Numbered from the whole stretch's first letter, positions 13,335 through 26,806 are shown. The stretch: DNA of 62,342 nt, filler included, from Hausera hauseri (GCA_046269625.1; 11 parts of 11 records of this genome joined end to end with filler, not necessarily neighbours in it); one strand, 5' to 3'. Translations and numbers: made by a program. The notes: generated by a model from the sequence alone, not told the origin.

Positions 13335-14465
13335 GTGGTAATAGAAATTACTTTACTGAAACGTATGATGTCATTTTATGACAATTATTGGTGGCTGCGG
13401 CAGCTAGGCACACTGCTGTGGTGCCCCTTTTTATTTTTCATTTTTTTATTTTTAGAAATGATTTCGTCTAGTTTAACCAATAACTCAAGCGCATCCCATT
13501 CACCTTTCAAATTTTGTCTCCCTAATTCGTATGATCGAGACCTTGAATTTCTAAAAGCACAGTTCTATCCTCAATCATACTCAACATTCGCTGATGCTGC
13601 TACTTTTACTTATGGAATGCGTATGATTGATTGTGCTATTTAGACTTCGCAACTGGCATGTTTATCTACAACACCTATATTCAATTACCAAACACATTTA
13701 CCTTCGGATATAATGTTTGAAGTTCAACGGCCCCGTTCCGTCTATAAGTCCATCACTGCTGAAGGACGAGTACGCTCTTCCTTATTCATCCGTCCCTAAT
13801 AAATATAAAGGAAACAGTATTACAAACCGTTTGATTCTCATCCATCGTTTTACTCAGAGAACGAACTTTGCATTACGCGACTTTATCGAAACCGTACATA
13901 AAAAACCACGTTTTCCCAAATATTCCTATACATTTTTGCTCTCAGTCGCCGATGGTTCTCTAACCTTTTATATGGATGGCATGTGTCAATCTGATCAAAG
14001 CATTAAAATTCCGAATCAGAAATCATTGTTGTTATCATCCAAAATCTGGGTTGACAAGCACCCTCATATTTCCATCACTTCCGTGCCCACCGTTATTTAT
14101 CTCGAACTTGAATACAATGACCCCCGCCCGTGGATTGTTTATTGGGAATCTCACTTTCAAGGACGAATGGGCTTACCCAATTTTGATCAATTGCCTTTCC
14201 CTCCTTTTGACTCTTTGGACCGTTCGTATATGCGTGTTGCACGTTATCCTGTGGATGATGATATTTTATTACTTGGTTACTCTGTTGCATTGTCCGGTTC
14301 TATATCGGTGTGTATAGCCGTTACTTTGTATAAGTTTCTTCGGGGCTTACCTTATCTCCGTTATCAGACGTTCATTAATCCGCCCGTAAAGGTTGCAAAT
14401 TGTGAATCGCACCGCCATGGAATTACGCTATATGATCTTGATACAGCACCTGATTTTGACATTGT
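13335..14465 (+). pseudogene. Second putative membrane protein ORF (broken by one stop and one frameshift, runs off the contig)
   Basis: Hydrophobic N-terminal stretch LLWCPFLFFIFLFL, then a 250-aa open frame with TM-like ILLLGYSVALSGSISVCIAVTLY. Confidence 0.45.
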
Positions 14466-15134
14466 NNNNNNNNNNNNNNNNNNNNNNNNNNNNNNNNNNN
14501 NNNNNNNNNTTAATTAATTAANNNNNNNNNNNNNNNNNNNNNNNNNNNNNNNNNNNNNNNNNNNNGCAAATATATCGATCAACTCAATGTTTACTCTTCT
14601 ATGGAGCGTTTTCAGGGTGTTCGGGTTAACTATCGATGAATTTGGTTTGTCAAACTTGTGGACTTTTCCTGGTGGGTATTGCAAAATGATACAGTCTCGA
14701 CTTTATAAGTTACGTATATCCAGCTATTTTAAATACATTTTTATGTTTGGTTTCACCAATTTTTGGTTACTGTAATAAAATCTACTAAATTCATACAAAA
14801 AACGTTATGAACAACGAAAATAATAGAAAAAGGATCACTTATTAATGTAAAATACTTAATGAAGAGTTCATAGTCACACATATGGAATTATTTGTACTGT
14901 TTAACGCATCAATAATAGTAAAATTTATAGTATTATAAAAAAAAGTGCAGAGCGCTGTATACTGTATTTAACCAACAGATTTGTACCCATAATTCACAAA
15001 ACAAATCAGCAGTTTGACTGATAATCATTATAAAATGACATACCTAAAGTTAATACTTGTTATCTCTAGATATGGGATTATATTTAATTTTTTAAATTTA
15101 AAGTTAACATTTACTTTAACTTGTTTAAATTTAG

Positions 15135-18100
15135 AAATATAAGCAATATTCCATGTATTGCGTCTCGCGCATACATGTGGGGGATCAGTTCCATCAACTT
15201 ATGGCGAAATATTACACAATTGGCACGAACACGTATGTGTGTCCAACGTGTGATATTTCCTCCAAAGGCCCGTACGCCGACTTTTATGAGGTGCAGTAGC
15301 ATAATCTTGGACCGTTTACTAGGTCTAAGAAGATCATGGTTATGCATTGCCCTACATGCCCACGCTACTGCAATACTAAAGGGCACAACGTTAGTGGTTG
15401 TAATAGTGAAATGGAGCAGTACTATGGCACCACAACGCTGCACAATAAGCGGGCCTGCGTTTGCTCCGGTTGTTCAATAGTTGCTGAAATCAACTATGAA
15501 CAATTTTATAATCTGCACAAGGACCACTTAAACCAGTTTAAGAGGTCCAAAAAACAGATATTTATGGACTCAACTAAAAGCAGCAGCAGCAGCCCCTCAA
15601 CAACTAGTAGGAAACGCCAGGCTTCAACAAGTCTTGATGACTTAATCAGAAGCAGTGCCGAGCAGCAGCAATAGTAGCAGCAGGATATTACAGTCCCAAT
15701 ATTACAGTCAAGTACGATCTGAACAGATCGTACGTGGACATAAAAATAAAAATTTCGTGGAAAACAACAACGCAATTGAGACATATTCCGCAAAATGTGC
15801 GCAACCGGTTGAAATCAGAAGTGGAGAAATACCAACATCACTGCAGCGTGCAATATTATGCACTTGCAGAATTCGAAAACGTACAAGGTGACAGGAAACA
15901 ATGGTACCTGTCACATCGAGCTGTACCATACGCCGAATATTTTATTGTTGATGTAGACGAAAAGCTCGAGGAGAAAATCGCCAACTACACAAAAAAGAGT
16001 AGTAGATAGCGAATTATAAAAATTGCCACCCTCGACTTTATTATAACAAAGTCGAGTGACATAATATATTTTTCTGGCCAATCATTCATACCGACACCTG
16101 TACCTTTAAAGCAGTCCTTGACGATAGTGAATGTAAAAAATACTAATGATGAATACTGTTGTCTTTACAGTATTCTGGCGGTATTGAAATGTGACAAAGT
16201 GGACAGACATAGTGTATATCGTCCAAAACAGTATCAGAAATATTTTTCCAAATTAAATTACGATGGATGTTGGATGCCGATGAAACTGAAATCCATTCCG
16301 GCGTTTCAAGGACATAATCCGACACTGGAAATAAATGTGTTCCGGTACAACATAGTAATAGAAATACGGGCGGATAAAGAAATTTCCAAAAATGCTCATG
16401 AGGATATAATCTATCGTAGTCTAAACCCAAATGGCCGCTCAGTAAATTTTTTGTTATTGGAGCAAAAGGAAAAATTCCATTAAGTGGCCGTGACAAATCT
16501 GGACAGACTATTGAACATGGAACATGACGGGTTCATAAAGAAGCGTATGCAGTGTAAATGGTGTCCCGTATGTCTGTACGGATTCAGGTCAGAAACAACA
16601 TGAGAGAAACATGTGACTCTGTGCAGACAAAATTTGCTAGAAACCAAAATGTACGTCATGCCAGTCAAAAAGCAGCTGAGATTCAGTGACTGGTCAAAAT
16701 CCGACAGTCCGACATACGTGATATTTGCAGATATTGAAGTCGTTCTACCACGGCACAATGTATATGATCAAAAGCACGTTCCAATCGTTGTCGGTATGTT
16801 GAAAGTCCCAATAAAAGCCACTGGTCAACTGCAGTATTACGTTTTCCACGGCTGAAACGGTATCCGTGACTTTCCGCATCAGTTAAAAACAGTTGTAGAA
16901 ACGGAAGTTGCATCCTGGTACAGTAATAATAGTAATAAAACCTTGATGTGGACAGATGAATATGAACCTCTGATGTTTGCAGCCACCGATCAATGTTATC
17001 TTTGCCACAAAATATTACCGTTCGATTCAGAGGAACGGCTCGTATCGGATCATGATCATTTCACCGGTCGATATCTCGGAGCCGCGTGTAATTTATACAA
17101 TTTGGCAAGGCGTGTGCAGCCATTCCTACCGGTAATATTTCATAACTTCAGTGGTTATGATTATCACCATAATTCGAAATGGGCAATAAGCAGATTTCCG
17201 CACTGGGAAATATCCGTAATTCCGACTACGATGGAGAAAAACCTGTCACTGTCTGCTCATATAAAGCGGTTCCAGGTACGCTTTTCAACTCTTTGCAATT
17301 ATTGGCAAAGCTGGTAAATACCTTGGCAGATGTGCCACTAACATTGACTCAGTTCCCTGTACATACTGCACGTAGCAAAGTCATATTCCCGTATGACTTT
17401 GCGATATCGTACGAGAGGCTACAGACGACAGACGAATTACCACCGCAATGGCCCAGTATCACAGAAAAAGAATGTTTGATGCTGGTATTCGTGACGGCAT
17501 GACATTTGTCAACAAGTATCACGTAACCAGTGATGATACCACATCACTTTTGTATATCGACAATAATAATCCGTATGGCTAGGCGTTTTCATAACCCTTG
17601 CAGTATGGTTCATTCAAATGGATTGCAGACAAGAAAGAGCTTGACGCAATAATAGAAAACCTGCCGAGAGCGGACACAACAGAAAACAGCTAAATCGCAT
17701 ACCTGATGGAAGTCGATCTCGTGGTACCGGATGAGCTGTATGACTTTCTGGATGAACTGCCGGTCGCATCAATCAACCAATGTCCACCGGGCTCAAAGAT
17801 AAAAAACCTGCTTATTATGCATGAACCTAAACAAAATTACATAGTTCATTGGCGTCTGTTGCAAGTTTACATGCAACTCTATGTACGCGTCGCACAATTA
17901 CATGGCGCAATCAGATTCGCACAGGCTCCGATATTCAAGGCGTATATGACTCGGTATTTGGAAAAACGAGTTGGAGCTTGTACGAAGTTTAAAAAGACTA
18001 TTACAGACCGAAAAATAATACTCTATACGGAAAAAGACTAGAGAATCTAAAAAGGTGGCTTAATATACGCCTGTGCAATAGCGAAAAGCGGTTAATAACA

Positions 18101-18770
18101 TACACCAGCAAGGCACAGTTCAAGCGATCAATGTACATTGCCGACAGATTGGTTGCCGTACTATTAAACAGGGAAGAAGTCGTACTGGACCGGCCAAGTT
18201 ATATTGGACAAATGGTATTGGATCTGAGCAAGTTAAAATGTATGAGCTGTAGTATCGCGATTTTGCACAATACCAGCAAATTTACGGCAGATGAAAGATC
18301 AATATAATTTCCGGTGACACATATAGTTTTTTCTTGGAACTGAAAAACATCAATCGCGAACAACTACTGCGGCAAATGATGGCAGAATGATTACTGGACA
18401 CGTCCATTTACCCACAGAATCATCCATTGTACAGCAACACCATAAAAAACAAAATCGGCTGCTTCAAGGATGAAAGTGATGGTCGGCTTCAGTATTGGGA
18501 ATGGGAATTTCTACGGCCAAAATGTTATAGCCTTTTAACTAAAGGTGGATCGAAAATACTCGCCAAAGGAGTTCAGTCGGCCCATACGGAAATAAACTAC
18601 AGTGATTATCGTCGTATCTATGAAGGAGGAGCAGAAAATGGTGGAGCAGAAGGACAATCAAAGACTGTTGTGTCTCAAACGTTCATCCGATCTATTGAGC
18701 ACCAGCTGTATACGGTGACCAATACAAAAGTCGCTTTATCATGCAGTGATAAGCATAAGTCGGTGGGGTG
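15135..18770 (+). mobile_element. Polinton/Maverick-type protein-primed DNA polymerase B, decayed
   Basis: IVNVKN.DEYC, exonuclease I FADIE, endonuclease-VII-like DHDHFTGRYLGAAC, FHNFSGYD, IFPY, NNTLYGK-like region, GCFKDE, LRPKCY, KGV. Many frameshifts and an internal deletion near 17470. Confidence 0.92.
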
Positions 18771-19986
18771 NNNNNNNNNNNNNNNNNNNNNNNNNNNNNN
18801 NNNNNNNNNNNNNNTTAATTAATTAANNNNNNNNNNNNNNNNNNNNNNNNNNNNNNNNNNNNNNNNNNNNTCACTTAACTCATATTCTCCAAACCAGTCT
18901 AGTCAGATGTATCCCGTTCATCAGCCTTCATTAGTATCATCACATGGATCTTCATCATTATCAGCAACATCTCCAAATTCATCCTATCAAGGTAGTACAA
19001 CGTTACCTTCACAACAACCGGTGTATCAGCTAGGAGTAGTCTTTTCTGATTGATTTTTTTATTTACAATAAAATTTTTTGAGACTGACAAATTTATTCCA
19101 AACAATTATCCGTGGTTTTCTAAAACAAAAGCAGACTGTCTTGCAACATGAAATGGCTTTGTCTCAGATAGACAATATCAACGATAAAATGAAGAAAACA
19201 TAGGGAGAATTAATAGTTGAATTTGATGCCCTATTGGTGATGAGATATAATAATCTCAATGAATTAGTACAAACAATGAAATGGCGAAAACGAGTTTATG
19301 AGAAGTTTATAAAGTTTGACGAGGAATTAACCATTTCAAACAATAAAAATACTGTTCTGTCAAAATGGATAATCGAAGTAAAGAACAGAACTTGTTTCAA
19401 ACAACACTCCAAAGATATGCAATGACACTTGACAGTTTTAAAAATCTACTGAATTTTTATAAGGGCCTTTGTAATACGAATTTGTATGCTTTAGAGGATT
19501 TGCACGATTTTCTACGAAAAATTACCTTACCTGAAAATCGCGCTCTTCGGGATAAGTACCGTGCAGTAATCAAAAAATTACGACAAATTAGTACTTGCTT
19601 GTAATGAGTATGGTGCTTCTGATTTGAAACCAAAAGTTTCAATGGTTAGGGTATCGATTGGCCGTAAAACCGTGATTGGCAGTAAATTAAAACAAAGTCT
19701 CATTCATGCTATTAACGAAGCCATGAGGGACGAAACGACGATTGAATCTGAAGATGATAATTGTCTATGCAGCTCTGGATGCTCTCAAACGTTTACCGAT
19801 AAGAATGGTATACGACTAGACTAGAAAACCAAATGATCTGTGATTGATAAAGACCATAATACATTCTATTGTCTTAAAAAAATTGTTTTAATAATACATT
19901 ATTTTCAATTTTTTGAATTAAAATCGTTGTTACGCCATATTTTGATTTTGTGTCATTTTAGCAACTTTTGAAATTTCTTTTATTAG

Positions 19987-20100
19987 GTTGATTTTGATTT
20001 TGTGATAGTGTTAAAAAAGATCATTTGAAAAGATCATGTTGACAGAACGTAAAAACAGAGGAACAGTATGCCATAAAGATTCTTAAAAAGGATATTATTT
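19987..20100 (+). pseudogene. Classical protein kinase C kinase-domain fragment
   Basis: Translation across two frameshifts gives DFDFVIVLKK/SFEKIMLTERK/EEQYAIKILKKDII, matching the cPKC pattern DFNFLMVLGKGSFGKVMLA.RK.TEELYAIKILKKDVV. Confidence 0.75.
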
Positions 20101-20214
20101 TTGATAGTAATATTAACCTATGTAATAGTTACTTAGTTTTACTTGGCCTTTTTTTATATTTCACATTGCTTGATCAAGAAGACAACACGGTATTTCTATA
20201 CAACATTTATTAAA

Positions 20215-23200
20215 CAAAAGAATAACAGTGAATAACAATGTCAACAATGCCACATGTCCATGAGATAGTGTTTGGATTCCATCGCTTAGGATCTGCCTCT
20301 TATCGTCCATCCAATCTAGGCTTTTCTTACACAGAGTTACAGTTTGTATGTTATGATCCCTATACTGGATTCGTCTCATCTCTGAAATGATGTGAGTCTG
20401 CTCCTGCAGAACTGTCACATAATATTCAAAACTGATCGTCTTGGCCAATGTAGTCCTTTGAACCCCTTTGGCCCGCTTCTTTACTTGACCGCATACGTTT
20501 AGGGCATACATTTTAGATTTGAGAGCTACAAATCTCGATATTATTGTCCCATTCACCTCGTCTTTGAATTTCCCAAGGACCTTTTTGTTGGCAATTGAAT
20601 AGTTGGGATGATCCTTTGGATAGTCCGAGGTATCCATGTGTTGAGCCAACTTGGCAAAGTCCTCATAAGTGTCTTCTGTATGGATCTGATAGATGAAACT
20701 ATCAGTATCCATATACATCAGCTGCATGGACTTGAACTTGATGTCGTAGTGGCAGTGATACATCATGGTCTTTGACAGGTCGAGGATTGCCATACCCACA
20801 TATGGGCTTATTGAATACCAATGCTGTTTTCAGCATATGGATACTGACCAAGTTCTCAGAATATATGATGCTGCTATGGAAGTTAGGCTTGGAAATAAGC
20901 TTCTTTGTTCGCTTCCAGTCACATACCAGTTCGATGATGATCCTGTTCTGGATATTCTCCATGGTCTTGCCAAAGACCGAATTGTTGTAAAGCTTGAACT
21001 GATCATTCTCAAAATCGTTCTTGGCATTTGTCAGCAGCTTGGTATTGAAATCTATGTAGGGTCTATCAGTATCCATATACATCAGCTGCATGGACTTGAA
21101 CTTGATGTCGTAGTGGAAGTGATACATCATGGTCTTTGACAGGTCGAGGATTGCCATACCCACATATATGGGCTTATTGAATACCAATGCTGTCTTCAGC
21201 ATATGGATACTGACCAAGTTCTCAGAATATATGATGCTGCAGTGGAAGTTAGGTGTGGCAATGAGCTTCTTTGCTCGCTTCCAGTCACATACCAGTTCGA
21301 TGTTGATCCTGTTGCGGATATTCTCCATGGTCTTGCCAAAGATGGAGTTGTTGTAAAGCTTGAACTGGTCCTTCTTAAAATCGTTTTTGGCATTTGTCCG
21401 CAGCTTGGTATTGAAATTATGTAGGGTTGCAGCCACATGGACTGGCTGAAGTTGAGAGCTCTATGGAACTTGGTAATAGGAAGTTTATGTCTAACTGCCT
21501 GCTGGAGATTGATGTAGTGAACTACATACCTCTCCATATTACCCACATGGCAGAGCAGCTTCTTATGCTTTCCATGGAGCGGAGGTCTGCTCTCAGGGAG
21601 GAAAGGCAGATGATGATGCCTTGCATGGATGGAAGTAGGTTATTTATATCCACTTCCAGTATGGATCCCGTATCTCCAGTGGGATCCAGGTCCAGTATAG
21701 GGATGTTTTCAGGATTCTCGACCCATTTGAAGTTATCATACGGCAATGGGGCGCTCATTGCATGTCCATACAAGTTGTTGGCATACAGGTATGATATATA
21801 TGAGGATTCCTTGGATAAATCATACTGGGTCATATACTTGTTGTCGGCCTCGCTATATCGGTGAATGTCCTGGCATATTCCGCATCTAATGCCCCTCTCG
21901 ATCATAAGGATCATGCCGTAATCCTTAATGATCTTTAGCCTTATGCCGGTATATCTCAGCATAGCTGCCCAGCTAATCCTTGGAGCTGTAAAGAAATGAG
22001 CCGGATCCAATGCATGGATCTTCATTGTGACATCTCTGAAACTGTCAAAGACATCTGTGAGCAGCACGTCCGTCTTGAGGTATATGTCGTTGTATTCCCA
22101 TATTGTTCGGCATTGGAATGCATGCCAGACGTTCTGGGCATGGTGGTAGTCAGCATCACTGATATCGCAATCAGCGAGGATACTGTAAAAGTCCTTCTTG
22201 TCCGGCAATGAGGTCTCATCCAGTGTTTTCCATGAGGTTATGTAGTCATAAGGAAACGCCTTTCCTGTTGACGAGATCAAATGCAGTGGGAACGAACTGA
22301 TTTGTCTGTTTGAGTTCTTCTGCTGAGAGAATCTTTATTAAACTGTGCAGTGAAGACGACATGAAGCGGTAGCTGTCTATGAAGCGAAGTCTGATGCGGC
22401 CCACATGCTTTGTGAAAGTGATGTACTTTTCCTCATTGTTTGGGATCACATCAATGTTTCCTTCAATGTTGCGTAATTCTCGGTCTATGAAATGGGAATG
22501 ATAGCCACTGAGATTATGGAACACTACAGGCTCATGTGCATGTTTTGCAGCGAAGATTGCAGTTGTTACATGCTGCACATCGATGTTTGCCTGTAAAATG
22601 GCAATGATCCTTGACTTTATGATTTTCCTTGGTGAATGACTTGTCGCACAAGTAACATGTTGTTGCCTTGCGCCATTCTTATGCATGTTTCCACGACATG
22701 CTCATATTATCCTTATGCTGCTGGACCATGTGTTTAGGGTTATAAGCCATATCTTCAAGTCGTTTCATGAACTTTTCTCCTGCACATGGACCTCTGAATA
22801 GAAATAGTTCACTGTCCAGTCCTTTGGCATACATGCAAAACGATGATGGTTCATGATATTGGTATGCCGTTGTGCTGCTATGTTGAAGACTGGGAGTGCA
22901 TATCTGAACTGGCCTGAGAATAGCTTCAAAGTCGCTATAGACGACCATTGGGACCTTGAGCTTCTTTTCAAACTCCTTGAATTCAATGTAGTCCTCCTTC
23001 GGAAATTCTGGTCTAATACAGTAATTGTTGTTGCAGTACATCTTATGCTCTGCAAGCTTGTCCACTGCTGCATCATCATTGAAATGGGAAAAGCATCGTT
23101 TGCATATTTCGATTTTTGTTGTGTGTTTTGTAATTTGGGATCTGACTAGACACTCAAAGTTCTTGATCCTTACGTAATGTTTTTTTTCTCCATCGTCTAG

Positions 23201-24580
23201 TAGGAGCAGATCCCTATGATCTTCCAATTCAGTATCATATATCTGCAGGAGTTAAAATTTTTCCTCATCATCCAATCCAATGATGTGAATGGATATATTG
23301 TTGATTTGATTGAATTTCTTTACTTCATCTATGGATGGTGGGAACTTAATACATTGTAAGTCATAGTTGTGCTTCAGATCATTATATAACCAAACTCGAT
23401 CTGCTACATGTCTTTGATCGCGTACGAGTTTACATAAAATGGCATACATAAAACACATGTTGTCATTATTATGGACATTGACACGTGCAATTTTATTAGG
23501 GATCCATTCCGGAAGCTAAATATAAGAACTGCCCAGAATTGGAGAGTACTTGTGAACATACACAAGCAATCTCTTGATGGTTGCCAGAGTCCATCCACTC
23601 TTCTTATCCTGACTCCCCTCAGCTTCACGGATTAGCTTTGCATGCTCTTCATTCAGCCACTCTGCTATATTGGCGTTTTCCAATATGGGCCTATTTTTGG
23701 TGTTAAAGGCCCTATTGGATTCTTCGACATCAACATTGATGTATGTGGCCTCCAGTTTTATATTAACCTTAAGGGCCTTGAGCTCAGCTATATTATTCCG
23801 GAGATTTCTCTCTGTTTCTTTCTTTGTATATTCCAGGAACTCCTTGACGGTCGTTTCGTCAATTGCATCAATAACATATCTGCGGCATTTTCTCTTTAAT
23901 GCTGCCGCATTATCTGGCAGCTGTCTTTGACTTTTGTTGGAGCCGCTGCGCCTGATGGGTTTAATACGCGTGATAGACCTGATGCGCCTGATGGGCCTGA
24001 TGCGCATGATACGGCTACGAGTTTCAATTCTCTAAGATGTTTCGCAGCTGCTGCACCAGATCCTGCAGCATAATGCCAGGCAGAATTCTGCGAAGTATCC
24101 TAATGGGAAGCATCACACTGCAAAGCAGATGCATCAATAATATGTTGCTCATTATAAATGGCCTTCTTGGACTTTGGTGTGAAGTGACTCAAATGATGTT
24201 TGTAATCATAATAGAACTGTATGTAATTTGCACCGAATACAGTCTCGCATCCCGAACATGTATAATATTGGATAGTTTTAGATTTGTATCCATAATACTG
24301 CTGCATCGTTTCATGACACTGTTGCAGATTATATGCTTTGGATGTGCAATAAGCATAGAACCGCACATCTGATTTTCTTTTGGGATACTTGTTGTCATTG
24401 GCATATTATTGTTGAATATTTCTTCCTTCGATTTTTTGAACAAATCCACATGCTGTTTATGTTAGTTGTAAAATTCCTTGTAACCGGTCCAGCACACAAC
24501 CTCACATACATGACATACATAATATTAAGTTCTATTGTGCTGGTATCCAAAATAAATCTGCATTACACCGTGACAAGTCT
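20215..24580 (-). mobile_element. Polinton/Maverick-type protein-primed DNA polymerase B (second clade), decayed
   Basis: KKSGW, GSSYI, CFMYAIL, KHYVRIK, YSDFE, VVFHNLSGY, RFIDSYRFM, FPYDY, YLKTDVLL, ANNLYG, KLYNNSIFGKTMEN, KPIYVG, YMDTDS, KFKDE, KSKMY, AKGV, DDKR. Confidence 0.95.
20699..21427. repeat. Diverged tandem duplication (~364 bp x2) inside pPolB
   Basis: 20699-21062 and 21063-21427 are near-identical, with scattered substitutions and small indels. The unit covers the KxxxNSxFGK to YMDTD motifs. Confidence 0.95.
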
Positions 24581-25451
24581 GTTCTTCATGTTTCTGCGCC
24601 ATGCAAAATTTGAGGAAGTTGCAAATCTAAACAAATTAATTATTTGAGGAGCACAAATAACAAAACTTACCATTCTTGAAAGCGAATTTGGAAATAATGA
24701 AATATGTAGCCGTGTGAATGCATACTTTCTTGCTTATGGATTTTTTCGAACATTCTAAAACACTTTGTTTTAATGCATCATTTACATGAACTTGTTTAAA
24801 TGATGCAATTGACTTGCCAATGTCATGCATAAATATACCAAAATTTGTTTTAATGCATCAAATACATAAATTTCTGGGCGCCAAATTTAAAATTCCATCA
24901 AGGTTTTCATATGTGGAAAATCTATTGAACTCGTCAGCTTCTTCAAATATCGTACACTTTATCGATTTGTTAAGTTCGGATCGATAATTATTTGATTTCG
25001 AATAATGTATTCGAATATCTAAAACCAGATTCAAATTTATCATATATTGCTTCCTATCTACATGCACTATTAGAATTAGAAACATTGATTTTGTATCTAT
25101 ATAGTATATTTTNNNNNNNNNNNNNNNNNNNNNNNNNNNNNNNNNNNNNNNNNNNNTTAATTAATTAANNNNNNNNNNNNNNNNNNNNNNNNNNNNNNNN
25201 NNNNNNNNNNNNGGTCTTGGGCAGAGTGCCGATTAAAATTAGAACAAATGGCCATAGTTCTTAAAAGAACTTGGCTGGATACTAGAGAGATGGAGAACCG
25301 AAAATTGAAGAGTTTCAAAGATTTGGAAAGTCACTGGATAAGGAAAGAAGAAAGTCTCGCTATCCAGGTAAAAAGAGTTATGGAAACGAGTAGGTGTGAA
25401 TATGGAAATACTAAGGAAGTCTCTACAGAAAAGGAGAAGGATGCTAGGTTT

Positions 25452-25673
25452 AAACAGGTCTATATAAGAGTTAAGGAAGGCGTTTTGATCCTATTAGGTC
25501 TAGGAAACGTTGAATCTGTATGCGACCTTATTAGCAAAATAGAAAGCAAATTGAAAATACCAAAAAAGCTGTTGAAGTTGATTTGTTATAGTAAAAGGAT
25601 AATAGCAGACAAGGATATGTAGGAGTTAGTTCATGGGACCACTATACATCTAATTTTTGGATTAAAAGGAGGG
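25452..25673 (+). other. Ubiquitin-like domain in BEL gag N-terminal region (one in-frame stop)
   Basis: KQVYIR..ESVCDLISKIESKLKIP..KLICYSKRI..*ELVHGTTIHLIFGLKGG (74 codons) aligns end-to-end with ubiquitin (QIFVK..DTIENVKAKIQDKEGIP..RLIFAGKQL..STLHLVLRLRGG). Confidence 0.85.
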
Positions 25674-26806
25674 GGCAAAAAGTCAAATAAAAATTACGAG
25701 AAGAAACTTAAGGCGAGCTCGGAGAGTGCAAGGCGATTAAAAAAGGAGTTTGAAACAAGGTTTTTAAGGAAAGACAAGTTGAAGTCTCGGTTGGAGAATA
25801 TACACGGAAGATTACATGTCGACAACTCTGAAGAAGGAATTCGGAAAACCTATGATGAATTCTGTGCAATCTATGAAGAAACCGTCTCAGAATTATTGGA
25901 ATTGCAGATTGAGGCAAAACAACAAAACAGGCTCGACGAATTAGAAGACCTAATTCAAGCAGAGAGGTCTTAAGTCAACTAAATGCCGATATAGTAGCAG
26001 GATTACGAGGAATGGCTGCCATTTGGAGCGACCAAGAGAGAAATCGACAAAAATTCGTGGAGAATACAGTTACTGACAATTTGTGTCCCCGATTGAGCAG
26101 GATAGAATTGCCGAAATTCAGCGTACACGTTGCAGACTATGAAAAATGGCGACAAACGTTTGAGGTTTGTGTGCACCGATCACCAATTTCAGCGGTGGAA
26201 AAACAAATAAAGTTGGAAGCCTGTCTCAGTGGCGAAGCAAAGAAGTTAGTAGAAAATTTTGGAATTAGTGAAACATCGTATGAGGCAATACTGCAGAAAC
26301 TTGAAAGGTTTTATGGCGGGAAGCAAAGAAATTTCGCTGCGTTGATAGAAAAAATCCGAAAGTTCGAAAAAGTAAGTGTAAATAATGTCAAGCAGATAGA
26401 CAACTTAGTGATATTATTGAAAGCTTCTACCGTGCGATTGAAAAGTATGAATACAGAGAATGATCTTGATAGTGGGCTACTGTATAAAATTGTTTTAGAG
26501 AAGCTACCAAAGACATTAATTAGTCAATGGGAAAGACATCGTAGAAGTTATAGAAAAGATGAAACAGTCGGCTATTTGAAGAATTGGTTAGAAGAAGAAG
26601 CTGATATTCGCCGTGTATCTGCAGAATCCGCGCATGGAATAGACGTTCTAGAGAAAAAAGAGCAAAGAAGTCTGAAACCCAATGACTATCGACATAACCG
26701 AGGTAATGACTACCGTTAAAAACATAATTCGGAAGAAAAAAGAGTAAATCAGTATCACAACCATTTTACTGAAGTCAAGGAGAAGATCCCAAACGCTGAA
26801 GGAGAG

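Noticed and set aside
23945-24012. Arg-rich RIRPIRR repeat as a protamine-like or core protein
   Set aside because: It comes from a 9-bp repeat that reads as an SGPSGASG linker in another frame of a frameshifted pseudogene.
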